Shown: positions 54,101 to 62,723 of the stretch, piece by piece
Layout of the letters: each line of letters begins with the position of its first letter
Numbering within the stretch: position 1 is the stretch's first letter
Assembly: GCA_963827985.1 (NCBI GenBank)
Contig: CAWHDI010000023.1
Span: 26-64,025 of the forward strand
Direction of reading: 5' to 3'
Source: an uncultured Chloroflexia bacterium
Lineage (GTDB): Bacteria; Chloroflexota; Dehalococcoidia; GIF9; UBA5629
Length of the DNA stretch: 64,000 bases
Made by a program: the position numbers and the translations under genes
The notes under the pieces: generated by a model
What the model was told of the DNA's origin: nothing
Databases searched by the model: none
Seen by the model: the letters and a program-made list of their open reading frames with translations, nothing else

Positions 54101-54209
54101 AGCTGTCAATCCCATTTTATTGTTGGTTTATGCCGCGGCTTCCCCTCTAACATAGATTTTAGGTTATCTCATATCTTATGCCGTCGATTAACAACATGCG
54201 ACTTAGTCT

Positions 54210-55413
54210 TCAGCTTTTCTTCTTCAGCAGGGCTGCTACCCGGTCGAGTATCTCGTCCGCTACTTCACCCTTGGTCTTCAGAGGAAGCTCATCTACTTTG
54301 CCCTCTGCTGTTGATGATGGTCACGCGGTTGGTATCTGTCCCGAAGCCGCTGCCTTTCTCAGTAATATCATTGGCGACGATGAGGTCCAGCCCCTTTCTC
54401 TTGACCTTGTCTTTGGCGTTATCGACAATGTTGTCGCTTTCGGCTGCGAACCCCACCCGGATGAAGTCGCCCTTGACCTCGCCCAGGATATCCTTTGTTT
54501 TCTCCAACTGGAGCGTCAGGTCATTCAACGCCTGCCGCTTTATTTTGGTGCCGGACGGGTTGGCGGGACGGAAATCCGCCACTGCCGCAGACATTACGAG
54601 CGCATCGGTCTTCCTGGCGACAGCTTCGAGCACTGCCTTGAGCATGTCCTCCGCCGTTTTTACGTCTACGAACTTAACGCCGACCGGCCTGGCCAGTGCG
54701 GTTGGCCCGCTGATGAGCGTTACATCGGCGCCCCTGTTGCGCGCAGCTTCGGCGACCGCATAGCCCATCTTGCCCGATGAACGGTTGGTAAGGCAGCGCA
54801 CCGGGTCGACCGGCTCCTGCGTGCCTCCGGCGGTTACAACGATATGTCTATGGACAAGGTCGCCCGTTCTGCCCAGCACTTTCAATGTAACGCCGTAGAT
54901 CTCCTCCAACTCCGTAAGCCGTCCTAATCCGGACTTGCCCGAAGCTAATCTTCCATAAGCCGGTCCCACGAATGTGACCCCCCATTTTTTCAGCTTTGAG
55001 ACGTTCTCCTGGGTTACCGGGTTGGCCCACATATTGTCATTCATAGCGGGCGCTACAACGATGGGGGCCTTGGTAGCCAGCACCGTGGTGGTAAGCATGT
55101 CGTCCGCTATACCGGCAGCCATTTTGGCTATTACGTTGGCTGTGGCGGGCGCTATCAGTACGACATCGGCCGCTTCGGCCAGAGCCACGTGTTCAACGCT
55201 GAACTCGGAGGACAGGTCCCACATGGTGGTAACGACGGGACGGTGTGTTATATTGCGGAAGGTCATGGCGCCAATGAATTCGCCGGCTTCTTTGGTCATG
55301 ATGACCTCTACCTGGTGTCCTGCTTTAGTGAAATAGCTGGCGATCTCAGCAGCCTTATAGGCGGATATGCTGCCCGTTACCCCGAGGACTATCGTCTTTA
55401 CCTTAGTTTCCAT
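54210..55413 (-). CDS. coaBC: Bifunctional phosphopantothenoylcysteine decarboxylase/ligase (frameshift near 3' end)
   Basis: GVTGSISAYK, APATAN, PAMN, TAGGTQE, NRSSGKMG, AAVADF, GFAAES; tail DELPLKTKGEVADEILD in a shifted frame. Confidence 0.95.
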
Positions 55414-55425
55414 CTGAGTGCCTCC

Positions 55426-56193
55426 TCAGCCCCGGTTTAATTCCCATATAAGGCGAAGACCGACCAGGGTCAGGTCGGCGTTTACAATATTGATTACGTT
55501 GCTTGCGTCCACGATCAGGGAGGCAAGCCCTCCGGCAGCCACCACCTTGGCCTTCTCATCAAGTTCGGCCTGGATACGGCCTACGATGCCTTCGATCAGG
55601 CCGATGTATCCGAATACGATACCTGACTGCATGGCAGCGATTGTATTCCTGCCTATGGCTTTCTTGGGCAGTGTAAGCTCGATCCTGGGCAGCACGGCTG
55701 TCCTTGTGAATAAGGCTTCTGTGGAGATAATGATACCCGGTGCGATGGCCCCGCCGATATAACTGCCGTCCTTGGAGACGACGTCCAGCGTGGTGGCGGT
55801 GCCCATGTCAATCACGATGACGGGCCCGCCGTACAGCTTGTGTGCGGCCACGGCATTGACTATCCGGTCCGGCCCAACCTCACGCGGGTTATCCATATCT
55901 ATGCGTATACCGGTCTTCACGCCGGCCTCCACCACCAGAGGGGTCTTCTTCAGGTAGCGCTTGCTGACTTCCTCAAAGATGATCAGCAGGGGCGGAACAA
56001 CGCTGCAGATGACAACGTCTTTTATCTTGCCGGCTGTAACGCCCTGTCTTTCCATGAGCGACAGCATCGTATTTGCATATTCGTCGGATGTCCGGTGGAT
56101 ATTGGTGGAAACGCGCCAGGTGGTCTTGATCCGCTCTCCCTCGAAAACCCCGAAGGTGACGTTGGTATTGCCTATATCAATGGCTAATAACAT
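55426..56193 (-). CDS. coaX: Type III pantothenate kinase
   Basis: IDIGNTN, SVVP, VGPDR, DMGTATT, GGAIAPG. Confidence 0.95.
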   Translation of the reverse strand: MLLAIDIGNTNVTFGVFEGERIKTTWRVSTNIHRTSDEYANTMLSLMERQGVTAGKIKDVVICSVVPPLLIIFEEVSKRYLKKTPLVVEAGVKTGIRIDMDNPREVGPDRIVNAVAAHKLYGGPVIVIDMGTATTLDVVSKDGSYIGGAIAPGIIISTEALFTRTAVLPRIELTLPKKAIGRNTIAAMQSGIVFGYIGLIEGIVGRIQAELDEKAKVVAAGGLASLIVDASNVINIVNADLTLVGLRLIWELNRG

Positions 56194-56222
56194 GGTATTT
56201 CATTATTGCACAAATATGCGGG

Positions 56223-56427
56223 AAAATTCCAAGCTCAAAACACAGCACAGGCTCCAGGCTACAAATATCAAGCGGATGTTACACTCTAAATCCCAAGCTC
56301 TAAACTCTAAAAAAACCCAAAATACTAAATTATAAACTTTGGATTTAGAGCTTTGAATTTGTTTAGAACTTAGTATTTACTATTTGGAGTTTTCTTCCCT
56401 TTGCTTGGAATTTGGTTATTGGGCTTT
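56223..56427. repeat. Heptamer-built palindromic element, copy B
   Basis: aaattccaagctc...ctaaatcccaagctctaaactctaa...tactaaa / tttggatttagagctttgaatttgtttagaacttagtattt...cttggaattt. Confidence 0.85.
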
Positions 56428-56428
56428 A

Positions 56429-56773
56429 TTACATGAACACGTTAGTGAAGGTTATTGCCAGCATAACGATTACGATAATCAGGGAGACGGCACAGCCGGC
56501 AAAGAAACCCCATCCAAAAGCCGACCACAACCTCTGCATCTTAGTGAACTGTTCTAAGTTCTCCCATTTCTTGTTCCTCCACGCCCATTCGTTGCCCCTT
56601 GCTCCGAGGATAAAGGCCATCACTATGCTTACCACGGGGACCAGGCCCAATAGGGCGATATAGGTTCTATTCCCCAGGCCCCAGATCCAGCCCATCCAGA
56701 AAGCGCCCCAGTTCCATCTCCTGGCTGCCGCGGGTAGTTCAATTTCTGCTGCTGAATTGTTGGCTATGCTCAT
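56429..56773 (-). CDS. Small membrane protein with WNWGAF motif
   Basis: RWNWGAFWMGWIWGLGN...GARGNEWAWRNKKW...FTKMQRLW. Confidence 0.75.
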   Translation of the reverse strand: MSIANNSAAEIELPAAARRWNWGAFWMGWIWGLGNRTYIALLGLVPVVSIVMAFILGARGNEWAWRNKKWENLEQFTKMQRLWSAFGWGFFAGCAVSLIIVIVMLAITFTNVFM

Positions 56774-56805
56774 ATCGGTCCCCCTTTTATTATTCGTAAT
56801 GCCGT

Positions 56806-58398
56806 CTACCATTTTTCCCACTGCCATGAATCTACCGGGTCAAGCGGATAAATCGGCCTGGAGATATTATTGTATTTAATCGAAAAGACATCGATATTGG
56901 TGGTGCCCGGGGTTATCACGTTGAGTGTCTTGCGGTTATATTTCAGGAACCATACTCGGAATGGGAAGAGATTCTTGACTACGACAATATTAGCTTTCCA
57001 CATATCCAATCCAACGCTGGTGAAGAAGGTCGGGTACATCGTAGGGTCGGGAAACTCCGTTAATATCAGGTGCACCCCGTTATTCTTGAGCACAACCGCG
57101 CGGATCTCCGGCTTGTTATAGCCGCGGCAATTACCCTTGAAAATAACTTGCCCCGTAAACTGATAAGGCTGGCCATATAATTTGTCCACTTTGCCGCCGA
57201 CCGACAGTGTAACCGTTTGATTTAACGGCACGTCCCAAAGCTGCGTCACGGCCTGGCTGTCCGCGACTGGAATATATGACACAAGGTCGGGCCCCTCTTC
57301 CACGAGCGCCTTTAGGATCCGCGTGCTTTCACCCGGGGCGCCCGCGCCAACAGCATCCGACAGGTCACAGAACACAGTCGTCCCCGTTAACCTTTCAAAC
57401 CAGGCGTCACGGGCGGCCTTGACCGCCTCAGACGGCGAATACAGTTTCTGCGTCATTTTGAAGTCCCGGACGGCCCAGTCACGGTCTGCAATCTCATCTG
57501 CCAGCTTATCCGCAAGGGCTTTGTTGGCATCTGTTACAGCCACCGTGCTCCAGCCAAGTCCTGGTTCATCCAGCCAGATGTGCACCATGAAGTTTGATAC
57601 ACAGAGGACACCTGGCATTTTTTCCATTTCCTTCATGCGGTTGAAAATGCTGTCCATCGGCGGGAGAAAATCAATATCCTGGCCTCCACCCCTCAAAAGC
57701 TTCATTTTATTGACGGTCATGACCGGGTGGATCTCACCCTGCACTGTCTTTATCAGTATTTTACCGGCAGTATAGCCCGTGGCGAACAGGTCGCGGTGGG
57801 GATTCGTCTTGAAGCCCACTATAAATGTGGCCAGTTTGGCCTTTCTCTCGGTCATATTGGCGTGCAGGTCGTAGGAAGTGGCTATTGGCAGGTCTGGGCC
57901 GAATTCATCCCTGATGGCCTGCAGCAGGTCCCCTTCAGGATCGTAAAGGCCGTCCACTCCCATGGCGCCGTGCAGTGAAAGATAGATACCGTCCAGCTTT
58001 TTAATACCGCGCAGCCCCTCGAGGATTTCTTTTTTGAAGCGAGCATAGACCTCTTTTTCAACGGGAGCGCCGGCGTCCGCTCTGGCGCTCAAAATCGGAA
58101 CGACGGTTATCTTCCCTGCCCCGAAATCTTTGACGGCAGATAGAAATCCGCCCACCATGGCCTTCTCTTTTGTAGCGGAAGAGATCATATCATCGCCGTA
58201 ATGAAGGACAAAATCAATCAGGGTGGTCTTAATGGGTAAAGCAACGTTTGTTTCCTGCATTAATTCGGCGACAGCAATGGTCTTTTCGGTCAGTGGGGAC
58301 GAAGTGGCGGCGTTGCCGGTGGTATCCGTGGGCTGGCTGCAGCTGGCCGGCAGCAGAAAAATAAATATCAAAATCGATCCGATAATCTTCCTGCACAT
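56806..58398 (-). CDS. M81 family (MlrC-like) metallopeptidase, lipoprotein
   Basis: MQETN, LSLHGAM, DPEGDLL, DLHAN, TNPHRD, DAVGAGAPG; lipobox LPASC; ggagg RBS. Confidence 0.85.
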   Translation of the reverse strand: MCRKIIGSILIFIFLLPASCSQPTDTTGNAATSSPLTEKTIAVAELMQETNVALPIKTTLIDFVLHYGDDMISSATKEKAMVGGFLSAVKDFGAGKITVVPILSARADAGAPVEKEVYARFKKEILEGLRGIKKLDGIYLSLHGAMGVDGLYDPEGDLLQAIRDEFGPDLPIATSYDLHANMTERKAKLATFIVGFKTNPHRDLFATGYTAGKILIKTVQGEIHPVMTVNKMKLLRGGGQDIDFLPPMDSIFNRMKEMEKMPGVLCVSNFMVHIWLDEPGLGWSTVAVTDANKALADKLADEIADRDWAVRDFKMTQKLYSPSEAVKAARDAWFERLTGTTVFCDLSDAVGAGAPGESTRILKALVEEGPDLVSYIPVADSQAVTQLWDVPLNQTVTLSVGGKVDKLYGQPYQFTGQVIFKGNCRGYNKPEIRAVVLKNNGVHLILTEFPDPTMYPTFFTSVGLDMWKANIVVVKNLFPFRVWFLKYNRKTLNVITPGTTNIDVFSIKYNNISRPIYPLDPVDSWQWEKW

Positions 58399-58699
58399 TT
58401 GCCGACCTCCTTCAATCTGATATCAAGAAAAGGCTGCGGATGCTACCCGTTTGTTTGTCATTGTCTTTTCCGGTGCCAGCTTCTATGGGGAATGCCGATC
58501 GATTCCCTGTCAATCAGCTGATGACACGATGGAGATGACGCTATACAAAAAGTAACATTCTTGTCTATCTTGTCACATGACCGGCGAAAAAGTCAAGCAA
58601 ATATGCTGTTTCACACTGCGCTTGGGAACGTCTGTGTAATGCTGAATTTATCTTCGTAGAGCACGAGTCTTCAGCCCCGCTCAAATGCAAAACAAACGA

Positions 58700-58823
58700 A
58701 ATTCTCTGAAATCCAAACGCAAAGAAACTCTAAATCCTGAATACTAAACAAGTTCAAAACTCTAAGCTCGAACATTTGAATTTTGAGTTTGTTTAGAGTG
58801 TAGAGTTTAGTATTTAGGGTTTT
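58700..58823. repeat. Heptamer-built palindromic element, copy C (overlaps nnr stop)
   Basis: aaactctaaatcctgaatactaaacaagttcaaaactctaag / tttgaattttgagtttgtttagagtgtagagtttagtatttagggtttt. Confidence 0.85.
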
Positions 58824-60373
58824 CCCTTTAATTCTTTTATTACTCTCGGCAGTGCCGGCAGCAGGTCGCCTGCCAGCATCCCGGTATCTCCCATCTCATC
58901 TTTTACCAGTTCGCCCGCTCCCGCATGCAGGTATACTCCCAGCGCGGCCGCATCGAACAGCGGGATGCCCTGTGCTGCCAGCCCCGCTATCGCCCCGGCC
59001 AGCACATCTCCCGTCCCCGCCGTAGCCAGCCCGGGATTGGCAGCCCCGCTTACCCTGGTCTTTCCACCCGGCTCCGCTATAACTGTAAATGCCCCTTTCA
59101 AAACAACTATTTTATGCCAGTCGGCGGCGGCTTTCCTGGCGATTTCCAGCCGGTTGGCCTGTATTTCTTCGATCGATATGCCCAGCAGCCGCGCCATCTC
59201 CCCTGCGTGTGGTGTGACAATCGTCCCCGCAGGCAGTTTTTTCCACCACTGGTTGGCCCCGGATAGTACGTTAAGCGCGTCGGCGTCCAGCACCAGCATG
59301 GGCGGTTTTTCCGGCAGGTGGAAGAGTATGTTCCTTACGAATTCTTTGGTGTGTTCATGCTGTCCCAGCCCGCATCCCATCAGCATCACCCTGTAATACG
59401 GCAGGATGCTCAATATGGCGGCGGCCGCCTTTTCTGAGAGCGTCCCCTTTTCTGATTCCGGCAACGGCGCATAGGTCACCTCGGTCAGCTTGGAGGCCAG
59501 GATGGGCTGCAGGCTTTTGGCGGTGGACAGCGTTACCACCCCGGCGCCTACCCTGGCGGCGCCCATGCATGCCAGGAACGCCGCACCGATGTAGTTCTCC
59601 GAGCCCACGACTGCCAGCAATCTGCCAAACGTCCCTTTGTTGGCGCTGGCCGGCCGTGGGGGCAGTGCGGATTTTGCCCAGCTTTCCGTTATCAGTTCGG
59701 TCTGGATATCGTGGCTCAGTGCGTCCGGTATCCCTATATCTGCAATGATCACTTTGCCGGCCCTTTCCGCACCCGGGAAATTGTAAAGGCCGGGTTTTGG
59801 CAATCCGAGCGTCACCGTCAGGTTGGCCTGGGGGCAGTTATGGTCGATTTCGCCGGTGTCGGCGTTCAATCCCGTGGGTATGTCTACGGCCACGATCACC
59901 AGGTTCGGCCTCTTCAGCTTCTCCTGGTTCAGCCTGTTTAGTACTTCCTTGAACTCACCTTCCAGCGGCCGCGCCCTGCCCGTGCCAAGTATGCCGTCGA
60001 TAACGACGCCCGCCGTGGACAGCAGGCCCTTGATCTTGGTGTATTTTGCGTCTTTGGACAATGGAATGACCGGCACATCACGGTCCTTTAGCTTTTTCAG
60101 GTTCTTGTCATCAGAGGTGCGATCAGCAAGGAGGTAAACGCTTACGTCTGCGCCCCACTCGTGCAGGTAGCGGGCGGCCACCAGCGCGTCGCCTCCGTTA
60201 TTGCCGGGGCCGGCCAAAGCAAGTACATGCTTGCCCGCAATGAAGTCAATTAATTCCCTGGTCTCTTCGGCCACTGCCCTGCCTGCGTTCTCCATCAGGA
60301 ACTCGGTGCTGATGCCCGATGCCGCGGCTTTGCCGTCGATCTCTCTCATCTGCTGGGCGGTCACAATCTTCAT
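58814..60373 (-). CDS. nnr: Bifunctional NAD(P)H-hydrate epimerase/dehydratase
   Basis: LMENAG, GPGNNGGD, DIPTG, NKGTFG, DADALN, TPHAGE, TAGTGDVLAG. Confidence 0.95.
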   Translation of the reverse strand: MKIVTAQQMREIDGKAAASGISTEFLMENAGRAVAEETRELIDFIAGKHVLALAGPGNNGGDALVAARYLHEWGADVSVYLLADRTSDDKNLKKLKDRDVPVIPLSKDAKYTKIKGLLSTAGVVIDGILGTGRARPLEGEFKEVLNRLNQEKLKRPNLVIVAVDIPTGLNADTGEIDHNCPQANLTVTLGLPKPGLYNFPGAERAGKVIIADIGIPDALSHDIQTELITESWAKSALPPRPASANKGTFGRLLAVVGSENYIGAAFLACMGAARVGAGVVTLSTAKSLQPILASKLTEVTYAPLPESEKGTLSEKAAAAILSILPYYRVMLMGCGLGQHEHTKEFVRNILFHLPEKPPMLVLDADALNVLSGANQWWKKLPAGTIVTPHAGEMARLLGISIEEIQANRLEIARKAAADWHKIVVLKGAFTVIAEPGGKTRVSGAANPGLATAGTGDVLAGAIAGLAAQGIPLFDAAALGVYLHAGAGELVKDEMGDTGMLAGDLLPALPRVIKELKGKP

Positions 60374-60873
60374 GATCGTCCTCCTTTACTTCCTTCCACC
60401 TGGCTGGAGTCGAATTCATGCAATTTATCCGTCATGGCCTTCCAGTGCGTGCCGCGCCAGTAGACGCGGCGGCAGGAAGGGCAAATCATATACTGATCCT
60501 GTATCTCGTAGACCCTCTCCGGCACCAGTCCTTCCGCCTCGCTTTTATCCAGTTCCTTCAGATCGGCATTGCATTCCAGACAGCGTGTAAACGGCCTGGT
60601 TTTGTCAGAGAGTCCCAATTCATTGATCACCGTGTACATCTGGGACTCGGAGTTATCGCCCGATACCAGGATGGCCTTGACCCTGCCGGTGGTTATGGCG
60701 CGCCTCTTCATAAACTCCGTGTCCTTGGTGATGATGATCCTGTCCTGCGCCAGTGCCATCTTGACCATTTTGCCGTCATCCAACTCATCGAAAAACAGCG
60801 TATCGAACCCCATCATCCTCAGCCATTTGGCCAGTTTGCCAACGTTAGCGTCAACTATGAACTTCGGTTCCAC
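60370..60873 (-). CDS. Mut7-C RNase domain protein
   Basis: FIVDANVGKLAKWLRMMGFD, RIIITKD, RCLECN, CPSCRRVYWRGTH. Confidence 0.9.
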   Translation of the reverse strand: MEPKFIVDANVGKLAKWLRMMGFDTLFFDELDDGKMVKMALAQDRIIITKDTEFMKRRAITTGRVKAILVSGDNSESQMYTVINELGLSDKTRPFTRCLECNADLKELDKSEAEGLVPERVYEIQDQYMICPSCRRVYWRGTHWKAMTDKLHEFDSSQVEGSKGGRS

Positions 60874-60897
60874 TTCCCTTAGAATTTTATGCTTTGC

Positions 60898-61566
60898 TCA
60901 GTCAGCCCGCAAGGGGTTGAAATCGGTGTTATAGTCGTAGTGGTCCTTTTTCTCAGTCCGCTTGAGATAGCCGACCAGCCAGTAGGTAAAGGGCGTGGCA
61001 ACTATTTCGTAAGAGGACTTGAATATCCAGTGCCACAGCATCATCCCCAGCAGGATATCCCGGGGCAGTACGCCCCAGAAGCCTATGGACAGCACGATAA
61101 CGGTATCTACAGCCTGGCCGGCGATCGTTGAGCCGACAGTACGCGTCCACAGCCATTTGCCTTTGGTGAGGATCTTCATCCTGGCCAGGATGTAGGAGTT
61201 AATGAACTCTCCCGCCAGGTAGGCTGCGAAAGAGGCGACCAGGAAGCGCGGCGTATTGCCCAGTATCCTGTCATAAGCTGACTGCGCATCGAACACGGGG
61301 GCCGCCGGCAGGATGCCCACCAGCCATATGGCCGCCACCAGCAGCAGGTTGCAGAAGAATCCCAGCCAGATGACGCGCCGTGCCTGGGCATAACCGTAAA
61401 CCTCGGTGAGGACGTCGCCGAATATATAGCTCATGGGGAAAATAACGATGGCGGCGGGCAGCGTGATACTGCCCACGGCGATCTGTTTGACGATCAGGAT
61501 ATTGGCCGCCAGCAGGCAGGTCACAAAAAGTGCCGCTATCGCGACGAATCTATAAGAGTAGTTCAA
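60898..61566 (-). CDS. yhhQ: Queuosine precursor transporter (VUT/YhhQ family)
   Basis: ANILIVK, FPMSYIFGDVLTEVYG, ASFAAYLAG, WTRTVGSTIAGQAVDT. Confidence 0.9.
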   Translation of the reverse strand: MNYSYRFVAIAALFVTCLLAANILIVKQIAVGSITLPAAIVIFPMSYIFGDVLTEVYGYAQARRVIWLGFFCNLLLVAAIWLVGILPAAPVFDAQSAYDRILGNTPRFLVASFAAYLAGEFINSYILARMKILTKGKWLWTRTVGSTIAGQAVDTVIVLSIGFWGVLPRDILLGMMLWHWIFKSSYEIVATPFTYWLVGYLKRTEKKDHYDYNTDFNPLRAD

Positions 61567-61602
61567 GTTACTGTTCCTTTAACAAAAGTTGCGGTTTATA
61601 AA

Positions 61603-61767
61603 TAAATCCTAAGCCCTAAATACTAAATCCTAAACAAACCCAAATGTCAAAATCCGAAGCTCAAAATTCTCTGTGGCTTTGGATTTTGAGTTTGTTTAGA
61701 GCTTAGAGTTTAGGATTTAGAATTTTCTCATTTTGTTTGGAATTTGGTTTTTGGAGCTTGGAATTTC
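61603..61767. repeat. Heptamer-built palindromic element, copy D
   Basis: aaatcctaagccctaaatactaaatcctaaacaaacccaaatgtcaaaatcc / ggattttgagtttgtttagagcttagagtttaggatttagaattt...ggagcttggaattt. Confidence 0.9.
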
Positions 61768-61791
61768 ATCCGAGACGTGAGGGTAATCCTA

Positions 61792-62517
61792 CTACCAGAT
61801 GAACGGCGCCAGCCTGTATTTCACCGTCTGCGCATATTCGCGGTAGCCCGTCAATTCCTTTTGCAGCGTCCTGTCTTCGAGCGCCGTGCGGGTGATGATC
61901 ACGATAGTAAGAATGCCGCTCAGCACCAGTCCCCACCAGGACCCCAATATAAACGGGTAAAGCAGCACGGACAATATCAGTCCCGCATAACCCGGATGCC
62001 TTACAAACCTGTACGGGCCGTCCTTGCACACATACTGGCTGCTATCTTCCTGGATACGGACGGTCCACTCGAAGAACTTGTTAACGGCCATCGCCCAGGT
62101 CGCTATAACCAGCGCCGGGATAAACAGGACTATCCCCACAATGCTCAGCCAGATGGGCATGGACGACCAGTGAAAGCGCACGGCATCGAACCCGATGACG
62201 ATGATGTTGGCTACGCTCAGCAGGGGGTAAAGGGCGATCCATATCTTGTCGAATGTCTTGGTGCCTTCCTTGACCACGCCGGCGCGGGCGTTAAGCACCT
62301 GCGGATTAACCTTGGCCAGTACAGCAGTGGTGATGATCTGTGAAAGGCACGCCAGGACGAAATAGACCCAGCCGTTCACCCATGCGATCGTACCCGCCGC
62401 CAAAAACATTATAGCGAAGCTGATCAGTATAAAGACCCATTGTGCGGCAATTGCCCTTTTAGCTGCCTTGTTCAACGCTCCCATATCTAATTCTCCTTGT
62501 GTACCAGCGGTACGCAT
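61792..62517 (-). CDS. Isoprenylcysteine carboxyl methyltransferase (ICMT/PEMT) family membrane protein
   Basis: WAMAVNKFF, VRIQ, GPYRFVRHPGY, RTALEDRTL, GYREY, RLAPFIW; start may be 62484. Confidence 0.9.
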   Translation of the reverse strand: MRTAGTQGELDMGALNKAAKRAIAAQWVFILISFAIMFLAAGTIAWVNGWVYFVLACLSQIITTAVLAKVNPQVLNARAGVVKEGTKTFDKIWIALYPLLSVANIIVIGFDAVRFHWSSMPIWLSIVGIVLFIPALVIATWAMAVNKFFEWTVRIQEDSSQYVCKDGPYRFVRHPGYAGLILSVLLYPFILGSWWGLVLSGILTIVIITRTALEDRTLQKELTGYREYAQTVKYRLAPFIW

Positions 62518-62523
62518 CGGAAA

Positions 62524-62606
62524 GAAACTCCAAGCCCTAAATACTAAATCCTAAACAAACCCAAATGTCAAAATTCAAAGCACAAGCCGTTTGGCCTTTG
62601 GATTTT
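62524..62606. repeat. Heptamer-built palindromic element, copy E (right arm missing)
   Basis: 62532-62574 identical (43/43) to 61611-61653; similarity stops after ctttggatttt at 62606. Confidence 0.85.
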
Positions 62607-62723
62607 AACAAAGAGGCGGCGTCTTCGTCCCGCCGACAGTCCATTCGAATAATAAACAGGGTCCCGGTCGTCATGATGAGGTTGTATAGACCGCTTGATA
62701 TAGTGTTTATAAGGGACTATCCG

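Noticed and set aside
42497-55413. Apparent pseudogenisation or programmed frameshifting of M20 peptidase, prs, secA, valS, coaBC (also kdgK, GH29, amidohydrolase, C45 elsewhere)
   Set aside because: Essential genes are hit, breaks are scattered single-base indels with otherwise intact motifs; best explained by unpolished long-read errors.
58399-58600. Riboswitch in the ~200-nt leader of the MlrC-like gene
   Set aside because: Only two small hairpins (gggaat..attccc; tgtcaatcagctgatgaca) and no known aptamer consensus that I can recognise; an Rfam scan would be needed.
61567-61610. preQ1 riboswitch upstream of yhhQ
   Set aside because: No recognisable preQ1 aptamer stem/loop and A-rich tail; the region is short and runs directly into palindrome D.
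42361-62606. CRISPR array interpretation of the AT-rich repeats
   Set aside because: No regularly spaced identical repeats with unique spacers and no cas genes; elements are dispersed palindromes.
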